From Mobula hypostoma (lineage: Eukaryota), in NCBI RefSeq assembly GCF_963921235.1, contig NC_086097.1, forward strand, positions 118,608,001 through 118,672,000: DNA of 64,000 nt, written 5' to 3'. Shown here piece by piece: positions 36,691 through 48,975 of the stretch. The notes under the pieces are model-generated. The model saw only the letters and a program-made list of their open reading frames with translations. It had not been told where the DNA came from and did no database searches. Positions within the stretch are counted from its first letter, which is position 1, and every line of letters begins with the position of its first letter. Position numbers and translations under genes: made by a program.

Positions 36691-39008
36691 ACTTTACTTT
36701 ACTTTACGTTTCTTTATACTTTATTGTCGCCAAACAATTGGTACTAGAACGTACAATCATCACAGCGATATTTGATTCTGCACTTCCCACTCCCTGGATT
36801 ACAAATATTAAATATTAAAATATTAAAAATAGCAAATATTGGTAAATAATAAAAATTTAAACTACAAATCATAAATAGAAAAATAGAAAAATGGAAAGTA
36901 AGGTAGTGCAAAAAAACCAAGAGGTAGATCCGGATATTTGGAGGGTACGGCCCAGATCCGTGTCAGGATCCGTTCAGCAGTCTTATCACAGTTGGAAAGA
37001 AGCTGTTCCCAAATCTGGCTGTACGAGTCTTCAAGCTCCTGAGCCTTCTCCCAGAGGGAAGAGGGACGAAAAGTGTGTTGGCTGGGTGGGTCGTATCCTT
37101 GATTATCCTGGCAGCACCGCTCCGACAGCGTGCGGTGTAAAGTGAGTCGAAGGATGGAAGATTGGTTTGTGTGATGTGCTGCGCCGTGTTCACAATCTTC
37201 TGAAGCTTCTTTCGGTCTTGGAAAGGACAACTTTCATACCAGATTGTGATGCACCTCAGAAGAATGCTTTCTACGGTGCATCTATAAAAATTAGTGAGGG
37301 TTTTAAGGGACAGGCCAACTTTCTTTAGTTTTCTCAGGAAGTAAAGGCGCTGGTGGGCCTTCTTGGCAGTGAACTCTGCTTGGTTGGACCAAGTCAGGTC
37401 ATTTGTGACATTGACCCCAAGGAACTTAAAGCTTTTGACCTGTTCCACTTGCGCACCGCTGATGTAAATTGGGTTGTGCGGTCCGCTACTCCTGAATTCA
37501 ACAACCAATTCCTTCGTCTTGCTGACGTTGAGGGATAGGTTATTGTCTTTGCACCAGGTTCTTAATTTCCTCTCTGTACTCAAACTCATCATTACCCGAG
37601 ATACGGCCTACAATTGTGGTGTCATCAGCAAACCTATATATTGAGTTTAATGGAAACTTGGCTGCACAATCATGGGTGTACAGTGAGTACAGCAGGGGGC
37701 TGAGTACACAGCCTTGTGGGGCACCGTTGCTCAGAGTGATTATAGAGAGGAGAGCTTGTCCCCTATTCTTACAGACTGGGTCCTGTCTGTGAGGAAGTTG
37801 AAGATCCAGCTGCAGATCTGAGTGCTAATGCCTAGGTTCTGGAGCTTAGGAATCAGTTTATTTGGAATGATGGTATTAAAGGCAGAGCTGTAGTCAATGA
37901 AAAGGAGCCTTATGTATGCATCTTTATTCTCCAGGTGTTCTATGGAGAAATGTAGGGCCAGAGAGATGGCATCTGAGGTTGACCTGTTGCTCCGGTAGGC
38001 AGATTGCAAAGCATCGAGGTTGACCGGTAGGCTATGGTTGATGTGTGCCATAACCAATCTCTCAAAGCACTTCATAGCAATCGATGGTAGAACCACAGGT
38101 CGATAGTCATTCAGACATGCCACCTTGCTCCTCTTCGGCACTGGGATTATCGTTGCCTTCTTAAAACACGAGGGGATCTTAGACTGAGGCAAGGAGCAGT
38201 TGGAGATGTCAGCAAACACTCCAACTAGCTCACTTGCACAGGCCCGGAGAACCCATCCTAGGACACCATTTGGGCCCATTGCCTTCCATGGATTTATCTT
38301 CAGGAAGGCCTTTCTAACGTCCTCCTCGGTAATGATGAATCTCGATGCCACCAGGTCTGGTTCATCCGGAGGGAGCGGGACGCTCCTCTTCTGTTCGAAT
38401 CTTGCGTAGAATATGTTAAGTTTGTGAAGCGCCACAGTTCTTGATATCCCCAGCCTTTTCTTTGCACCCAGTGATCTCATTTATACCCTGCCATAGTCTC
38501 CTGGCATCCCTTTGGTTAGCCTGGGCTTCCAACTTGGCTCGATACTGCCTCTTGGCGCCCTTAATGGCTTTCTGGAGTTTCACTGATGTTGGTATACAAT
38601 TTCACTGATGTTGGCATATAGTATGTTCAGAGCACACTCCACCTCTGCCTGGGGGGGTGGTATGTAGACCACTGTCAGTATGACCGAGGTGAATTCCCGT
38701 GGCAGATAGTAGGGACGACACTTCACTGACAGGTATTCCAGGTCCGGGCTGCAGGAGCTTGTCAGTGCCACTGTGTCCAAGCACCACGCAGTGTTGATCA
38801 GTAGGCAGAGACCACCTCCCCTCGTCTTGTCTGAAGATGCCGTGCGGTCCAACCGATGGATCGAAAATCCCTCCGGTCGGATGGCACAGTCGGGGGTGGC
38901 AGGGGAGAGCTAGGTCTCGGGGAAACAGAATACACAGCAGTTCTGCATCTCCCTGCAGTAGGCTAGTCTCCCTTTAAGATCATCCACCTTGTTCTCTATG
39001 GCTTGCAC
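36691..39008 (-). mobile_element. Rex1/Babar LINE (APE endonuclease plus RT) with internal deletions
   Basis: DRTASSDKTRGGGLC (APE); NDYRPVVL, LFIDYSSAFNTI, FKFLGV and KAHQRLYFLRKL (RT); (GTAAA)n tail at 36691-36707. Confidence 0.92.
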
Positions 39009-39879
39009 TGATCCAATTTACGACATTAACTTTCAGATCATTGATATAGATGACAAACAGCAAAGGACCTAGCTCCGATCCCTACAGCCGGCCACTAATC
39101 GCAAGCCTCCAGTCAGAAAAACAACCATCTGCAACTATTCTCTGGCTTTTTTTGTGTAGCTAAATCCAATTTACTCCCTCATCTTGAATGCCAAGTGACT
39201 GAACCTTCTTGACCAACCTCCCGTATGGGAATTTGTCAAAGGCCTTGCTGAAGCCCATGTAGAAAACATCCACTGCCTTGCCTTCATCAACGTTTCTGAT
39301 AACTTCCTTGAAAAACTCTACAAGATTGTTCAGACATGACTTAGTATGTATAAAACCATGTTGATTATCCCTCATCAGTCCCTGCCTATTCAAATACTGG
39401 TCCCTTAGAATACCTTCCAATAACTTTTCCACTCAGGCCCAATGGCCGATAATTTCTTGGTTTATTCTTGGAGATTTTCCTAAACAATGGAACAACATTA
39501 TCTATCCTCCAGTCTGCTGACTCCACATCTGTGGCTAAGAATTTTTTAAATAACTCTGCTAGAGCCTCCCACAGGGTTTGAGGGAACTCCTTGTCAGATC
39601 TTGGGAATTCATCCTCACAAATTTACCTCAAGACAGTAAAAACTTCTTCCTCTATAATCTGTATAGGTCCATGAACTCACTGCTGCATTTCCTCATATCT
39701 GTAGACTCTGTATCCATGTTCTGAGTAAATACAGATGCAAACAATCCATTTATGAACTCCTCCATTTCTTCTGGCCCCATGCATAGGTTACCACTCTTAC
39801 CTTCCAGAGGAAAAATATTGTCCCTTGCTATCCTTTTGCTCTTAATATATCTGTAGAAGCCCTTAGGATATTAGATCCC

Positions 39880-40305
39880 CTCCTGTTCAGATCTAAACCT
39901 TCCCTCTATACAGGTCCCACCTTCCTTGGAAGAGAGCACAATGATTTAAAACTCTGAAGCCCTCTGTCCTGCACCTACTCCTTAGCCATGTGTTAAACTG
40001 TATGATCCTCCTATTTCCGGCCTCACTAGCATTGCCATGGGTAGCAATCTTGAGATCACAACCCTGCAGATCACTCACCCTACCTATGTCATTGGTACAG
40101 ATGTGGAGCACGGCCTCTGGCTGCTCACCATCTCACTTAAGAATACTTCTGACTCAACTTGTGATGTCCTGGATTCTGGCACCCAGAAAGCAACAAACCA
40201 TCTGGGTATCTCATTTCTGTCCACAGAACATCCTTTCTGTTCCACTAACCAATGAATTCCCTATCACTACAGCTTGTCTCTGCTCTCCCACTCCCTTCTG
40301 AGCCA
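39880..40305 (-). mobile_element. CR1 ORF1 (SGNH esterase-like) fragment
   Basis: LHICTNDIGR and FRVLNHCALFQGRWDLYR (cf. HIGTND...FWGRWDLY). Confidence 0.7.
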
Positions 40306-40429
40306 CATACAGTAGGTTAAAAAGTCGGCACAAGATCGTGGGATGAAGACCCCGTACTGTGCTGTAATATTCTAGGTTCTAACACTGCAATTTTTCAAGC
40401 AAGCTTTTAAAGCATTCTTGAATTGTTTC

Positions 40430-40890
40430 CTCTGTCTGCCCACTGATAATCATTTTCTATGATGGAGTTTGGAATTAAAAGTCTAATGCAGGAATCTGGC
40501 ATTGGAATGGGAAAGGTGTGGCCCGTTCACCAGAAGAAACTGGTTGTAACCGAGGCCTCAGTGTTAAGGCTGTTGGCATGGAAAGTATGCTAGTACTGGT
40601 AAACTGTATAGTGGACCTGGACAAAGCAATGGTGGTGGTATTTCTCCTCTGTTCTGAGGTGCCTGCTGTAGGTAGTGCATCATTCAACAGGAGGGCAAGG
40701 ATTGCTGATGTTCAGTAGACCATTTGCTTTGTGCTAGATTTTCATCGTTGAACAATCTGCGCCCCAGGTGGCCAACAGCTGTGCTGTCAATGGTGAATTT
40801 CACCATCAATGGCTGTATTTGTGGATCCAGAGATACAGGGAATTATCTACATTATTCCCAACGGTATCAGTCAGTCTCACATTACAGCTT
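40430..40890 (-). mobile_element. Old RTE fragment
   Basis: Minus-strand IDGEIHH...MVY*TSAILALL aligns with the RTE C-terminal region seen at 5900-6200. Confidence 0.55.
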
Positions 40891-40959
40891 GAAAACACCC
40901 ATGTATTTTTTTCTCTCTGTCATACCGTATATAAAGCCATCTTGGCATTTTTTTTACTG

Positions 40960-43900
40960 TGTTACGTACCCCGTAACTGGGTTGCCAAACCAGCAGAAAT
41001 GGATCACTCAGTTGGAGTCTGGAGTACTAGAACTAAGAAAGTTTTATTAAAGAAACAAGCAACACAGTAATCGAAAGGATAATAAATGCAACAGTTCAGC
41101 GATGATAAACACACATGTGCACAGAATTAAGATAACAGCATCAATCAAGCTCTATCGTTGTCTAGGGGTAAATGACCAAATTTCAAAGTGACTCAAAGTT
41201 CAGTCCAGTTTAGTAGTTCAGTTCGCAGTAATCGTTGCCATGGCGATGGACAATGTTGGGGGAGAGAGAGAGGGAACAGGAACAACTGATCATTCAGACA
41301 ATCCTTCACTCACAGACCAGCGAGATGGCTCACAAGCAACTTTTGGGCGGGTCCTTGGTGATGTCACCTGAGGTCACCGACTGTGACCCCTCCTCCAGAT
41401 GCGGTCGATCCTCTGCAGTGAACCCGGCACCCAGGCAAGGGCGGACACACACCGGGTTCCCGCTGATCGTACCTTTCCACCCTGGCCGTTGTCTGGTACT
41501 TCCCACCGACTCGTGAGAAGCGTACCGCTTCCAGGGTCTTGTTACCTCGGGTGGCGTGTGTGTCCTGCCTTAGCGAACCGGTCCCTTTTTATCCCCCTGC
41601 TGGGGTATCGCCTGTCCATCACTTCAAACAGTTCAAGGTTCAAACGGGGGAGCCGCTCCAGACAGCTCTCTCTCCCCCGTCCCTTCATTACACATCTCCA
41701 GACGCTGCTCCATTGTTCCTTATCTCTCCTTCCCCTGAGGGCAGGTGGCAGACCACTTGCTGATGTCATTGATGCTAACCCAGGCCAGCAAACATCTTAA
41801 TTTTATGTGTATTCTTGTCACACTTCCCCCCTTTAAGGATTTTTACCGGGAGGTAAAAATTACAAACGTGAATACATTACTTGATACATACACAAATATA
41901 CATCTTTAACAGCTACTTGGCTAACACAGCGAGTTTGAAGCTGTCAACACCTTGACAGACAGTCATCACATTTTCTGTTCCTTTTACACGTGTTATTAAT
42001 AATCCCTTAGACCAGGCTCCAACTCAGCAAACTTCATAGTGGCCAAAAACACTGATGAATTGCGACCAATGTAACCTCTCATTTGGTTTTGTCCCGGACC
42101 ACAATAACAAGGGTCGTCCCATTCCGACTCAGTTTTCTCTCGCAAGGGCTTAGTAGGAGGGGGACGGGTATTGACTGCAGAGTTATTGCAAAACTTCCTG
42201 CAGTACCCCACCATCTCCAAGAGCCTTCTGAGGGCCCTCTTGTCTGTCGGGGTTGGGAGGTCAGCGATAGCCTGCACTGTAGCTTGCATCGCTGCCAGCT
42301 GCCCCTGTGTCACCACAATTCCCAGGTAAGTGACCCTCGTGTGGCCGAATTCATTTTTTTCAAGGTTCACTATCAAGCTGGCTTCAGACAGCCGTATTAA
42401 ATTGCCAATACACACCTCTGTGTTCATCAGCCCTTTAGTCACTGAATTACTCATTATATACGAGTGTTCTTTACTAGGCTGCCCTATTGTAACAGACATC
42501 ACCCAACGTCCCAGTTCTTTGCATTTCCTCGGGACAATCAAACACACGGGTGCGAGTCGTTTAATTACTTCTTCTAAAGATTTGCTTTGTTCGAGGATTA
42601 AGGGAGAGACCTTATCAGTAGACCTGGCCAAAACAATAGCCTTCTCCCATCTGACCGATCCCATCCTAATCTTTTCAAAATGGTTTTTTCCTCTTATCAG
42701 GGGGCCCCTAGCTTCATTGATTTCCACGCTAACACTGACTAGGTTTGTTAGCATATCAAAAGCCGGTGACCATCTCAGTTCGCGTCGGTCATGATCAATA
42801 ACATTTTTCCCCCTGGGCAGCCGGTAAATCTCTTTCATGATTCCACCAACTGTTTCCTCCAGCACCGCAAAATGTCCACCGGGGGGTACCTCGTGGGCCA
42901 TGTTAAAAACCTCATCCCCATAACTCTTTTGCACCACCCCCCACTCCTCACCTGCAGATACTGTACTTGATTTCCCTTTTAGCACTTCCTCCTCCGCACA
43001 ATAGCCTACTAGTTCCCTTGTCAAGGCTGTGTCAGAGAGAGCGGTCTCTGCCAAAACCATCAGCCCCTCGTCTCGCTCCTGCATCTGCACAAATTCTTTC
43101 CTGGCTACTACTACGTCCGTCCCAGCTCCCTCACTACACCCCGTCTCATACAAGGTTGGCAGAAACGTTTCAGCTAAATTCACTATCGCGGGCCCGTGGT
43201 TAACCTGTGAGTCCATGGGTGGGGCCTCAATGCTGGCAGGCTGACCTGTCAATCTCACGACTGGGAACACGATTCCTCCGGCGATGTCATTACCGAGCAA
43301 GACTTCCACGCCTTTCATCGGTAATTCGGACCTCACCCCGATCGTGACTAGTCCAGAGACCAGGTTGCTTTGTAAGTGTATCTGGTGCAAAGGGACTGAC
43401 TCTGTCCCTTCCCCAACACCTTTGACCTCTACCTCCCCAGTCTGGGTCTCTGAGCTAAACTCTAATACACTCTTCAGTATTAGTGACTGACACGCTCCCG
43501 TGTCTCTCCAGATCCGCACTGGAACTGGTTTTAACCTCTCCTTCACTGACACCAATCCGGCCGAGATAAACCTCTCGCGCCCTTCCTGGACTTTTTCAGA
43601 CCTGTCCTTCCCTAGCGGTTCGCTTAACAGCTCGATACAGCCATTCAAAATTTCCGCTTTTCCTTTCCCCGTCTCCTTCTTTGGGGCAAAGCACCTGGAC
43701 GCAAAGTGTCCGACTTTCCCACAATTATAACAGACGACCCCAGGAGACTTCCGACCAGACTGCTCTCGGTCTACCTTATCCTTTTCACTAGTCCCCGGCT
43801 TACTTTCTGACTTTTCCGGCGGACTCTCCCCGCCGTCCTGACTACCCTTCTGGTAGCCTTTACTCGGAGCAAACTTCATTTTATGCGTCAACGCATACTC

Positions 43901-44074
43901 ATCCGCTAACTTAGCAGTTGCGGCTAACGTGGCTGCCTCTTTCTCATCGAGGTAGGGTCTCATACCCTCAGGGACACAACCTTTAAAACTGCTCAATCAG
44001 GATCAGCTGCAGCAGTCTGTCATAATCCCCCTCTACCCCCTTCGAGGCGCACCAATGCTCACAATATGTCTGCA
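40960..44074 (-). mobile_element. Gmr1-like Gypsy LTR element, 5'-truncated, with internally deleted pol
   Basis: 3' LTR 40960-41822 with TG...CA termini; PPT AAAGGGGGGAAG adjacent at 41823-41834; 666-aa ORF. Confidence 0.88.
41996..43996 (-). CDS. Gag (CCHC knuckle)-aspartic protease fused to integrase/RT remnants
   Basis: AKLADEYALTHK; CYNCGKVGHFASRC; IWRDTGACQSLI...LLGNDIAG; AHEVPPGGH (IN zinc region); LIVNLEKNEFGHTRVTYLG and ALRRLLEMVGYCRKF (RT). A 1-bp frameshift near 43986 separates it from upstream gag (LLQLILIEQF), so the listed start is not the true start. Confidence 0.8.
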   Translation of the reverse strand: MSSFKGCVPEGMRPYLDEKEAATLAATAKLADEYALTHKMKFAPSKGYQKGSQDGGESPPEKSESKPGTSEKDKVDREQSGRKSPGVVCYNCGKVGHFASRCFAPKKETGKGKAEILNGCIELLSEPLGKDRSEKVQEGRERFISAGLVSVKERLKPVPVRIWRDTGACQSLILKSVLEFSSETQTGEVEVKGVGEGTESVPLHQIHLQSNLVSGLVTIGVRSELPMKGVEVLLGNDIAGGIVFPVVRLTGQPASIEAPPMDSQVNHGPAIVNLAETFLPTLYETGCSEGAGTDVVVARKEFVQMQERDEGLMVLAETALSDTALTRELVGYCAEEEVLKGKSSTVSAGEEWGVVQKSYGDEVFNMAHEVPPGGHFAVLEETVGGIMKEIYRLPRGKNVIDHDRRELRWSPAFDMLTNLVSVSVEINEARGPLIRGKNHFEKIRMGSVRWEKAIVLARSTDKVSPLILEQSKSLEEVIKRLAPVCLIVPRKCKELGRWVMSVTIGQPSKEHSYIMSNSVTKGLMNTEVCIGNLIRLSEASLIVNLEKNEFGHTRVTYLGIVVTQGQLAAMQATVQAIADLPTPTDKRALRRLLEMVGYCRKFCNNSAVNTRPPPTKPLREKTESEWDDPCYCGPGQNQMRGYIGRNSSVFLATMKFAELEPGLRDY

Positions 44075-44900
44075 ATATAGTGCAAAACAATTTAGACACA
44101 GTGTTCATTAGTGAAAGAATGTAAATTTATTGTGATTTCTTTTCTTTGGCACGTAGCCCTTGTAATCCACAATGCTGACGTCTTAGTAGGCAGCACTATG
44201 CTTTATAACTCTATGACTATAACTTTGATTTTAGGATTTAGAAATTTGCTACATTATGATTCTGAGATACACACTACTAATTATTGATATATTTAAGGTT
44301 AAATTGTAACATCTATTTACCTTTATTGACTTGGAAACTTTTAAAAGCTTGTACACATATCTACAATGGTGAATCTTTTAGTACTGTACAATTAATCTGG
44401 AGAGAGTACTGACATTCTATATTAAAACGGTCAAACTTATGGCGAAGGGCAAAAGCAGAAAAATAAAGTTCTTGCCATTCTGTCGTCTTCTTCCACATCA
44501 TTAGGAACAGATTACAAAACCTTCTAAATTTAATAAATAATTTCTCGTTTAGAATCAGTTGTGATGAAGAATAATATTATAAAGCACAACATCTGTAGTT
44601 AGGACATGTTCGGCACAGCTTTGTGGGCTGAAGGGGGCCTATATTATGCTGTAGGTTTTCTATGTTTCTATGTTTTTTAACACCTATAGTTATTGAATTG
44701 ATCATGAAGATGAGGGTATATTTATATATTTAATTGAAATATTCCCTAACTCCATTCAAAGAAGGGAAGGCTAAACATTTGCTAAATATTTGTCTTCAGC
44801 TCATGTCACTAAAATAGATTATCTGCTAATTACTATATTTTGATGTGGAAGATACAAACTGGCTGCAGCATTTCCCATTTTAGAACAGTGACTAAATATA

Positions 44901-46536
44901 CAGTGCCTATAAAAAGTATAGAAACTATACTATATAAAACTATAAAAATTTCCCCTTGGAAATTTTCATCTTTTATTGTTTTACAGCATTGAATCACAGT
45001 GGATTTACTTGACTTCTTTTGACACTGTTCACAGAAAAAGACTCTTTTGTACCAAAGTGAAAACAGGTTTCTACAAAGTGATCTAAATTAATTACAAATA
45101 TGGAACACAAAATACTTAATTATGTAAGTATTCACCCCCTTCAACTCAGTACTTAATAGATGCACCTTTGGCAGGAATTACACCCTTGAGTCTGCATGGA
45201 CAGGTGTCTATCAGCTTTGAACATCTGGACACTGTAGATTTTCCCCATTCTTCTTTATAATACTGCTCAAGTTCTGTCAGATTGCATGGTGATTGTGAGT
45301 GAACAGCCCTTTTCAAGTCCAGTTACAAATTCCCAATTGGATTGAGGTTTGAACTCTGACTTGGCCATCACAGGACATTAACTTTGTTGTTTTTAAGCCA
45401 TTCTTGTGTAGCCTTGGGGTCATTGTCTTGTTGGAAAACAGATCTTCTCCCATGTCGCAGTTCTCTTGCAGACTGCATCAGGTTTTCCTCCAGGATTTCC
45501 TGTATTTTGCTGCATTCATATTACTCTCTACCTTCCAGGGCCTGCTGTAGTGAAGCACCCCACAGCATGAAGAGACACTACATGCTTCATGGAAGGGATG
45601 GTGTGTTTTTGATGATGTGTGGTGTTACGCTCAACATTGTGTCTAATCTGAAGTCTAAGAGCTTAATTTTGGTTTCATCAGACCACAGAACCTTCTTCCA
45701 GCTGACCTCGGAGTCTCCCACATGTCTTCTGGCAAACTGTAGCCAACATTTCCTGTAAGTTTTTTTTCAACAGTGGTTTTCTCATTGCCACTCTCCCATA
45801 AAGCTGTGACTGGTGAAGCACCCGGGAACAGCTGTCATATGCGCGGTCTTTTCCATCGCAGCTACTGAAGCTTGCAACTCCTCCAGAGTTGCCATAGGTT
45901 TCTTGGTGCCCTCCCTCACCAGTCCCCTTCTTTCACAGTCACTCAGTTTTTTGAGGACGGCCTGCTCTAGGCAGATTTACAGCTGTGCCATATTGTTTCC
46001 ATTTCTTGATGATTGACTTCACTGTTCTCCAAGGGATATTCAGTAACTTTGAAATTTTCTTGTATCCACCTCCTGACGTGCTTTTCAATAACTTTTTTGT
46101 GGAGTTGCTTGGAGTGTTCTTTTGTCATCATGGTGTAGTTTTTGCCAGGATATTGATTTACCAGCAGTTGGACCTTCAAGGTATCTGTGGTATTTTTACT
46201 ACAATCATTGAAACATTTTGATGCACACAGGTCTCCAAAAACAGATCCCTATTCAACTAATTATGTGACTTCTAAAATAAATTGGCTGCACCAGTGATGA
46301 TTTGGTGTGTCATATTAAAGGAGGGGAATACTTATGTAATCAATTATTTTGTGTTTTATATCTGTGATTAATTTAGTTCACTTTGTAGAGATCTGTTTTC
46401 ACTTCAACAGAAATGAGTCTTTTTCTGCTGATCAGTGTCAAAAAAGCCATATTAAGTCCATTGTGATTTAATGTTTTAAAACAATAAAACAAGAAGACTA
46501 CCAAGGTGGGTGAATGTTTTTTTTATAGACATTATG
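44901..46536 (-). mobile_element. Tc1-family DNA transposon with long IR/DR-type TIRs and degenerate transposase
   Basis: TA|CAGTGCCTATAAAAAG start; about 200-bp inverted termini with inner repeats gtattcaccccct (about 45128) and aggggaatac (about 46322); transposase start MTKEHSKQLHKKVIEKH; TA at 46537. Confidence 0.88.
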
Positions 46537-47099
46537 TATCAATGGAGATAAACCACTTTGGAAAGTCTTTGAGCTTGCATAAACAAAAGTTGTTTCTTTG
46601 CTCTTTTTATCTTTTTCAGAAGAATAAATAAAAAATGAAGGCTAACTGAAAATATAAATGTGCCAATGTACATCCCTGGGTGATGGCCAAAAACTGTGAT
46701 GCAGTAGCTGTCTGCAAGTATTATCAGCGGTCAATTTATTGCGCTCAGACAATGCTTGCATTCACCTGCACTCAAAGGCTAAGATCCAAGCCCATCATTG
46801 GTTTAGTCACTACAGCATGAACTTCAGCCCATCTTGTCCGTGCCAAACTGTTACTCTGCCTGGTCCCATCGTCCTCTATACCCCTCTCATCTATGTACTT
46901 ATCCAACATGCTCTTAAATGTTGCAATCAGCTCCACATCCATCATTTCCAGTGCACTCTCTGAGAGAAGACGTTGCCACTCAGATTCCCTGAAATATTTC
47001 AGATTTCACCCTTAATAGATAACTTTAGTTCTAGTCTTACCCAGTCTCAGTGGAATAAACAAAGTGTGCTCTATCCATAACCCCCATCATAAAGATTAT

Positions 47100-48975
47100 A
47101 AAGAATCAAAAGGAGGTGAGCGTTGATATTGGGCTGCTGGAAAATGATGTTGCTGAGGTGATAATGGGGGAGCAAAGAAATGGCAGATGAACTTAATAAA
47201 TACTTTTCTCCAGCCTTTTCTTCTCCAGCATACTAGTTGTATGCCAGAGGTCCATGAGTGTCATGGAGCAGGAGTGAGTGCTATTGCTATTACAAAGGAA
47301 AAAGTGCTGGGCAAACTGAAAGGTCTTAACGTGGATAAGTCACCTGAACCAGATGGACTACATCCTAGAGTTCTGAAAGAGGTTGCTGAAGAGATAACGG
47401 ATGCATTGGTCATGATCTTTCAAGAGTCACTTGATTCTGGCATGGTTCCGGAGGACTGGAAAATTACAAATGTCACTTCACTCCTTAAGAAAGGAGGAAA
47501 ACAAAATAGAGGAAATTATAGGCCACCGAGCCTAACCTCAGTGGTTGGGTAAGTGTTGAAATCCATTATCAATGATAAGGTTTCAGGGTACTTGGAGACA
47601 AATGATAAAACAACTCAAAGTCAGCATGGTTTCTGTAAAGGGAAATCTTGTCTGACAAATCTGTTAGAATTCTTCGAGGAAGTAACGAGCAAGGTGGACA
47701 AAAGAGAGGTAGCGGATGTCATTTACTTAGATTTTCAGAAGGCATTTGATAAATTGCCTCACGTGAGGCTTTTTAATAAGATGTAATCTTATGGTGTTAC
47801 AGGAAATATACTGACATGGATAGAGAAATGATCAACAGGCAGGAGGCCATGAGTGGGAATAAAGGGGACCTTTTCTGGTCGGTTCAGTGACTAGTGGTGT
47901 TCCTCAGGGAGCAGTGTTGGGACTACTACTTTTCACATTGTTTGTCAATGATTTAGATAGTGGAATTAATGGCTTTGTGGCAAAGTTTGCAGATGATATG
48001 AAGATAGGTAGAGGGATAGATAATGCTGAGGAAGTAATGCATGGGCAAAGAAGTAGCAGATTGAATACAGTGTTGGGAAATGTATGATAAAGCATTCTGG
48101 CAAAAGGAGCAATATGTGGACTATTATCTAACTAGTGACGAAATTCATACACCAGAGGTGTAAAGGGACATAGGAGTCCTTGTACAAGACTCCCAGAAGG
48201 TTAATTCACAGGCTGAGTCTGTGGTAAAGCAGGCAAATACAATGTTGGCATTTATTTCAAGGGGAATAGAATATAAAAGCAAGGAGATAATGCTGATAAC
48301 AACAGGAATTCTGCAGATGCTGGAAATTCAAGCAACATACATCAAAGTTGCTGGCCTGCTGCGTTCACCAGCAACTTTGAGATAATGCTGATCCTTTATA
48401 AGACACTAGTCAGGCCGCACTTGGAGTATTGTCAACAGTTTTGGGCCCTTATCTCAGAAAGGATATGTTGTCCTTGGAGACAGTCCAAAGGAGGTTCATG
48501 AGGATGATTCTGGGAATGAAGGGGTTAACATATGAGGAACATCTGGCAGCTTTGGGCCTGTAGTCATTGGAACTTAGAAGAACGCGTGGGGATCTCTTTG
48601 AAAGCTACCGAATGTAGAAAGGACTAGATAAGGTGGATGTGGAGAGGATGTTCCCTCTGGTAAGGGTATCCAGAACTAGAAGGCACAGACTCAAAATTGA
48701 GGGGCAACCTTTTAGAACAGAAGTAAGGAGGAATTTTTTTTAGCCAAAGAGTGGTGAATCTGTGGAATGTTCTGTGGAAAATGTTCTGTGATGGAGTCAA
48801 AGTTTGTGGGTATATCTAAAGTGGAAGTTGATAGATTCCTGATTGGTCGGTGCATCAAGGGATATGGTGAGAGGGAAGACATATGGGATTGAATGGGATA
48901 CAAGATTTGCCATGATGAAATGGCGGAGTGGACTCAATGGGGGCTGATTCTGCTCCTATGTCTTATGGTCTTATC
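47100..48975 (+). mobile_element. CR1 LINE ORF2 and 3' UTR, degenerate
   Basis: KSPEPDGLHPRVLKE, GNYRP, SQHGFCKGKSCLTNL, YLDFQKAFDK, SGVPQG, KFADD. Confidence 0.93.
48298..48378. mobile_element. 81-bp Penelope micro-insertion with inverted 5' part
   Basis: Starts aacaacaggaattctgcagatgctggaaattcaagc, as at 33224 and 35534; 14-bp TSD GAGATAATGCTGAT at 48284-48297 and 48379-48392. Confidence 0.88.

Larger units (their letters stand above)
33495..39870 (-). mobile_element. CR1 LINE ORF2 broken into four pieces by nested insertions
   Basis: Pieces 33495-33929 (QRKFTRMLPG, RLRGDLIKVYKIM), 34670-34773, 36385-36690 and 39009-39870 (NQHGF...SCLNNL...FSKAFDK) are collinear. Confidence 0.85.

Noticed and set aside
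40475..40687. Ser/Thr-rich 70-aa ORF as a possible host exon
   Set aside because: Explained as a frameshifted old RTE fragment.
42083..43730. Plus-strand ORFs opposite the 666-aa ORF
   Set aside because: Antisense shadow frames with no recognisable motifs.
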